Of a DNA stretch of 64,000 nucleotides, positions 59,533-64,000 are shown piece after piece (the stretch's first letter is position 1; each line of letters opens with the position of its first letter). Below the pieces are notes generated by a model. That model was not told the DNA's origin and ran no database searches. It saw only the letters and a program-made list of their open reading frames with translations. Location of the stretch: positions 124,001-188,000 of IMG/VR virus record IMGVR_UViG_3300035698_029839. One strand, 5' to 3'. Position numbers and translations under genes: made by a program.

Positions 59533-60204
59533 ATGGCAAAGTTTTGGAAAATGTTTAAAAACACTGTTCGTGAGAAAAAAGATCAGGCAGCAGAACAGAT
59601 GGCCGATCCCATTCGTGATGGTAAATTTGCTATCGAAGATTCAAAAAAGAAATTGGCTGAGATCCAAGCTAATATTGCAAAGTATTCAGCACAGATCAAA
59701 AAGAATCAACGTCAATTTGATACTGAAATGGCAGACGTGAAGAAATGGACTAATCTTGCGAAACAGGCGGCAGGGGCAGCTAATGAAGAAGATGTCCGTA
59801 AATGTATTACTCAAAAAACTCAGGCTCAGCAAAGAGCAGATAATCTTAAAGGTGTTATTGCCCAAGATGACAAAATGCTTAACAACATGAAGAATCAATG
59901 GCAGCAACATAACAACAAGGTTAGTCAGGCCGAGAGTAACCACTCTCAGTTGGCTGTTCGTAAGCAGATGGCAGAAGCTAGGAAAGAATTTGCCAAATCT
60001 TCTCAGGGTCTGGATTCGGATAATTGTTTTTCGGAGCTGGATAAACTTCAGGAATCAGTAGCATCTGATGAATGTGAAGCTGAGGCACTTGAAGAGTTGG
60101 CTCCTGTAAATGAGATTGAAGATATGTCAACTAAGTACGGTGCTTCTGGAGATTCGGCTGTTGATGACGAAGTGGCTAAGATGTTGGCAAATGCCAAAAA
60201 GTAA
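59533..60204 (+). CDS. PspA/IM30 (ESCRT-III-like) family protein
   Basis: Amphipathic N-helix, DP, W...A..A, coiled coil, VDDE tail. Confidence 0.85.
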   Translation: MAKFWKMFKNTVREKKDQAAEQMADPIRDGKFAIEDSKKKLAEIQANIAKYSAQIKKNQRQFDTEMADVKKWTNLAKQAAGAANEEDVRKCITQKTQAQQRADNLKGVIAQDDKMLNNMKNQWQQHNNKVSQAESNHSQLAVRKQMAEARKEFAKSSQGLDSDNCFSELDKLQESVASDECEAEALEELAPVNEIEDMSTKYGASGDSAVDDEVAKMLANAKK

Positions 60205-60228
60205 TTAGTAGTCTTTTAACTATAATTG

Positions 60229-60272
60229 AAACTTCCTATTGGTGTGGAGATTGCTAATAGGAAGTTTTTTTT
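60229..60272 (+). terminator. intrinsic terminator
   Basis: AAACTTCCTATT/AATAGGAAGTTT plus T-run. Confidence 0.8.
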
Positions 60273-60287
60273 AAAAGGAAAAAGGTA

Positions 60288-61370
60288 ATGAAGAAAATAT
60301 TGATATTTTTAGTTTTGCTTATATCGTGTCAATTATCTTACGCAGAGGACATTGAACGGATAATAAAAATATATGTATCTAATATGAAACCGTGTGTTAT
60401 TATTGAAGATACAGAAAATAGTCACGTCCCTCCTATTATTTCTGGTTTTGAAATAGATCTGTGGAATGAGATAGGAAAAGACTTAAAGGCTCAAAGCATA
60501 ATTAAAAGTTGGGAATTTGTTCCTGTAACTTGGTCCGAATTAGAAAAGAATGTAAGGAATGGAAATGCAGATGTAACTTGTTCGGGTCTAACTATTCGTT
60601 CTAAGAGAATGGAGTGGGCTGATTTTTCTATTCCAACTATGAATTCTGGTTTAGGTATAATGATATTAAAAAATCCTGAAAAAAATTCTTTATTGTTTAA
60701 GTTTCAGGTTCTTTATGATGCTCTTGCAATGCCAGTAACATTGTTTGGATTGTTTGTAATAATCTTTTCTAATATTATATGGATGGCAGAAAAGAAGGGA
60801 GATGGAATTGATACTAAATATTTTCCAGGAATTTTTGAAGCAATATATTTTTGTATTGTAACTTGTTCTACGGTAGGATATGGAGATTATACTCCTAGAA
60901 GATGGACGACTAAAATAGTAACGATAGCACTTATATTCTGTGGTATTATTGCTTTTTGTAATTTCACAGCCTTATTATCTGCTGACTACACCACGGAAAA
61001 AATTTCAGGAGAAATTCAATCTCCACAAGATCTTAAAGGCAAAATAGTTTTAACTCAGATAGGAACAACAAGTGTAGATTACGTTAAGGGGCTAGGAGCA
61101 TCTAAGGTTAAGACTGTTGATGATATAGATAGTGCTTGTGATAATCTACTACTTGAGAGAGGTGATGCTGTAGTATTTGATCATCCTGTTCTTCTCAATT
61201 ATGTGAAAGAGAATCCTGATAAAGTGGAGTTGGTAAATGGTCTTTTCGATGAGCAGTATTATGGGTATGTATTCCCTAAGGGAAGTGATTTAAAGAGAGA
61301 TGTGGATATAGCTATTCTTAAACTCTATGAAGATGGGACTTATAGCAGGCTTTATAAAAAGTGGTTTTAA
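60288..61370 (+). CDS. GluR0-like ligand-gated K+ channel
   Basis: Signal peptide, split solute-binding domain (GFEIDL, TIRSKR, GTTS, DHPVL), M1-P-M2 with TVGYGD. Confidence 0.9.
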   Translation: MKKILIFLVLLISCQLSYAEDIERIIKIYVSNMKPCVIIEDTENSHVPPIISGFEIDLWNEIGKDLKAQSIIKSWEFVPVTWSELEKNVRNGNADVTCSGLTIRSKRMEWADFSIPTMNSGLGIMILKNPEKNSLLFKFQVLYDALAMPVTLFGLFVIIFSNIIWMAEKKGDGIDTKYFPGIFEAIYFCIVTCSTVGYGDYTPRRWTTKIVTIALIFCGIIAFCNFTALLSADYTTEKISGEIQSPQDLKGKIVLTQIGTTSVDYVKGLGASKVKTVDDIDSACDNLLLERGDAVVFDHPVLLNYVKENPDKVELVNGLFDEQYYGYVFPKGSDLKRDVDIAILKLYEDGTYSRLYKKWF

Positions 61371-61377
61371 AAAACAT

Positions 61378-61405
61378 TTGAAAGTGAAAGCATTTGCCCT
61401 ATAAT
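61378..61405 (+). promoter_or_regulatory. sigma70-type promoter with AGTGAAA box
   Basis: TTGAAA-16nt-TATAAT. Confidence 0.75.
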
Positions 61406-61455
61406 ATATAATTAGGTGAAAATATTGCCTTTGATTGTATATTATAGGGTTTTTT

Positions 61456-61758
61456 ATGTCCAAAGAAAATCGTGATGAAATTGAAGAACGTCTTATGAAA
61501 AGATTTGAAGAACTAGATGATATTCCTAACTTAAATTTATCCGAGATGGAAGATACCATAAACAGATTTCTTAAAGAGACTGAAGGACAGTTGGCTCCAG
61601 AAATCATTAAACTTAAAAAAGAAATTAAAAAATTAGAAAAAAACGTTACAAAATGGAGGAATAGTAGTAATAAATTGTTGAAAGAAAATAAAAAATTAAA
61701 GAAAGAACTTAAAGAATATCAAGAATATTATGATCGATTTGATATTTTGGATTTATGA
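61456..61758 (+). CDS. coiled-coil protein ending RFDILDL
   Basis: Likely ATG 61456; shared tail. Confidence 0.65.
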   Translation: MSKENRDEIEERLMKRFEELDDIPNLNLSEMEDTINRFLKETEGQLAPEIIKLKKEIKKLEKNVTKWRNSSNKLLKENKKLKKELKEYQEYYDRFDILDL

Positions 61759-62312
61759 AAAAAGATTTTTGCAAACAATGTGATAGAACTCTTTATAATA
61801 GGTACGGAGGTTTTTGTTCGAGTGCCTGTTGTATAGAGTTTTCTATTAAACATAATATTCTTTTTATAGATGCTATGTCATCTTATGGAGATCAAGAAAT
61901 AGAGAGATTGGAAGATGAAATTGCTCGTTCTGAATGTAATTACTCTGGAGTAGTAGGAGAGTACGGAGATATGGAAAGAATGTTTGATAAAGCTGATATT
62001 AAGATAAATAGTTTAAAAGAAAAAGTGGAAGAGTTAAAAAATATAGATTGGGAGGTAGTAGAAAAAGAAAGATTCGAAGAAGTAAAATTTAATGAAAGTC
62101 TCTTTGCGAAAATGGATAATATTAAAGTAGAGAGAGACGGAATAAAAGAAGAAAATAAGAAAGTTAAAGTAGAAAATAAGAAAGTTAAAGTAGAAAATAT
62201 TCTTATTCATGAGCAAAATTTAGATTTGCTTAAAACTATTAAAGATTTAAAAAGTCATTCTGATCGTTTTAAATTACTGGATCTCGGAATAGAATTGGAT
62301 TACGATGAATAA
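61755..62312 (+). CDS. Cys-motif/coiled-coil protein with subterminal RFKLLDL
   Basis: CKQC..FCSSAC; coiled coil. Confidence 0.6.
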   Translation: MKKDFCKQCDRTLYNRYGGFCSSACCIEFSIKHNILFIDAMSSYGDQEIERLEDEIARSECNYSGVVGEYGDMERMFDKADIKINSLKEKVEELKNIDWEVVEKERFEEVKFNESLFAKMDNIKVERDGIKEENKKVKVENKKVKVENILIHEQNLDLLKTIKDLKSHSDRFKLLDLGIELDYDE

Positions 62313-63300
62313 AATTGTATGTGGAAATGCTTTAGATGAATTAAAAAAGTTAGAAGATGAAAGTATTGATCTTATCATTACTTCTCCTCCCTATTGGGGA
62401 CAAAGAAATTATTCGGAACATTCAGATGAGATAGGAAATGAAAAATATGTTTTTGAGTATTTAGATAATCTAGAAATTGTTTTTGCTGAATGTTTAAGAG
62501 TGTGTAAAATAACAGGTAGTATTATTTTTAATATTGGAGACAAATACATAAAAGGAGATCTTCATCTTATACCATATCGTTTTGCAATCAGGATGAAAGA
62601 GAAATATCACCCTCCTCTAAAACTTATAAATGAGATTACATGGGTTAAGACTAATCCAACTCCCAGACAATATGATAAAAGATTAATTAGTGCTACAGAG
62701 CCATTTTTTCATTTTGTTAAAAATAAAGATTACTATTATAATAGGACTGCTTTTTTAGATTATAATCAACCTATTAAAGCTAATACTTCTCCTAAAAAGG
62801 GTGAGAAATATAGAAAAATGATATATGATTCTAATTTGACTATAAAAGAAAAATTTAATGCTTTATTAAGTCTTCAAAAGACTCAACGGGAGCTTCTTCA
62901 GGGCAAAATAGCAGATTTTCGTATGAAGATACGAGGTATCCATAAGAAAGCCTTTGGAGGGCAATCTGGGGGTCGTAACAGCCAAATAGACAAGCAAGGA
63001 TATACTATAATTAGGATGTATGGAAAGAAGTTAAAAAGAGATGTTATAGAGAATTCTGTGGCAAATACAAAAAATATTGATCATCCAGCGGTTTTTCCCT
63101 TGAAAGTGATTACGGAATTGGTTAAACTACTTTCTAAAGAGAATAGTGTCGTTTTAGATCCTTTTTGCGGTAGTGGACAGGTATGTTTGGCTGCTAAGTC
63201 TTTAAATAGAAGATATTTAGGTATAGATTTAAATAAAAAATACTGTGAATTAGCCATAAAAAGATTACTTGGCATAAATAAGGTAGAAAGTGTATTATGA
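62305..63300 (+). CDS. DNA amino-methyltransferase (beta class)
   Basis: TSPPYW, HPAVFP, DPFCGSG. Confidence 0.92.
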   Translation: MNKIVCGNALDELKKLEDESIDLIITSPPYWGQRNYSEHSDEIGNEKYVFEYLDNLEIVFAECLRVCKITGSIIFNIGDKYIKGDLHLIPYRFAIRMKEKYHPPLKLINEITWVKTNPTPRQYDKRLISATEPFFHFVKNKDYYYNRTAFLDYNQPIKANTSPKKGEKYRKMIYDSNLTIKEKFNALLSLQKTQRELLQGKIADFRMKIRGIHKKAFGGQSGGRNSQIDKQGYTIIRMYGKKLKRDVIENSVANTKNIDHPAVFPLKVITELVKLLSKENSVVLDPFCGSGQVCLAAKSLNRRYLGIDLNKKYCELAIKRLLGINKVESVL

Positions 63301-64000
63301 TTTACATTAGAAAAAATGGTATATTTTATGAGAATGATTATAAACCTGAGACTGAAAAATATATCATGATAAAAATTGAGAGTGTTATCCCTTATTTGAA
63401 TGAAGTAATTCGTATTGATGCAGGAATTACTCTGGAGGATTTGTTTTCTATAATAGAAGAAGATGAAGATATTTTTAATGTAGTATTTGGATCTCATCTA
63501 GGACATTTTCCTCTTCGTCCATTTATTGATGAGATTAATAAAAATTGTCTACCAGAGAGTAGGGAAGAATTAGAGTTTATTGAATTATCGTGGGTGGCAG
63601 AACAATTCGATTATAAAAAATTCTATGAAAAATTCAAAGATGAAAAAAGAGATGAGAATAATATTTTTACTACACCTTCAGAGCCAGATGGTAGCGAAGT
63701 AAATGAGATCGACATTAATGTAGATGTTCACGGTTGGGGCAAATATGAGCCACAAGAGGATGAGGTATACGAGGAAGGAGAAGAACCTCCGACTCGTACA
63801 TGTTATGGTATTGATTTTATTCCCTTATACAGATTAAAACATTTATCTATTAAACTAAATAAAGATTTTATCTTAAGAGAAGACAAATACGATGGTAAGG
63901 AAAATATTGTAGTGCAGGGAGAAAAAGAATTTACAGTTTTTGAGGTATTCGGAGAGATACTTTCAGAAATAACATTTGCTGGGTTGCCAGAAGATAGGGA
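63297..64000 (+). CDS. acidic hypothetical protein, truncated by window end
   Basis: Open frame from ATG 63297 to the end. Confidence 0.55.
   Translation, partial: MIYIRKNGIFYENDYKPETEKYIMIKIESVIPYLNEVIRIDAGITLEDLFSIIEEDEDIFNVVFGSHLGHFPLRPFIDEINKNCLPESREELEFIELSWVAEQFDYKKFYEKFKDEKRDENNIFTTPSEPDGSEVNEIDINVDVHGWGKYEPQEDEVYEEGEEPPTRTCYGIDFIPLYRLKHLSIKLNKDFILREDKYDGKENIVVQGEKEFTVFEVFGEILSEITFAGLPEDR

Noticed and set aside
48-63497. Most short minus-strand ORFs in the track
   Set aside because: They lie antisense to well-supported + genes and are Phe/Ile/Leu-rich mirror translations; only 35668, 36102 and 44302 have recognisable motifs.
1-64000. Genome-wide TAG reassignment (alternative code)
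   Set aside because: Long genes are intact in code 11 and TAG ends several genes at expected positions (SSB, RNA ligase, RFDILDL-TAG at 42962); only one in-frame TAG was found.

Overview
AT-rich, densely coding, almost entirely + strand window that reads as part of a large (jumbo-type) bacteriophage genome in the standard genetic code. No capsid, terminase, rRNA or canonical tRNA genes are visible. Recognisable content: an intein-split type IA topoisomerase; a replisome set (DnaX, divergent DnaN and HolA, SSB, RuvC); three sigma70-family factors, one SigH-like; RNA-repair functions (CCA-adding enzyme, HNH-RNA ligase fusion, nucleotidyltransferase); a tmRNA preceded by two unidentified structured RNAs; nucleotide-pool enzymes; two DNA methyltransferases; homing endonucleases; a PAS kinase with two response regulators; a PspA/YjfI-type membrane module and a GluR0-like K+ channel. 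Most notable unexplained signals: (1) a shared terminal peptide R[FL][DEK]ILDL on at least six otherwise unrelated small proteins; (2) two leaders with 10-11 UAG triplets at 5-nt period directly before Shine-Dalgarno sites, matching TRAP-type RNA operators; (3) a polypeptide-GalNAc-transferase-like enzyme beside a Cys-rich protein with a 56-serine tract; (4) an ncRNA/tmRNA island flanked by three orphan antitoxin-like ORFs; (5) two promoter classes. All family calls come from motif recognition by eye, without database searches.
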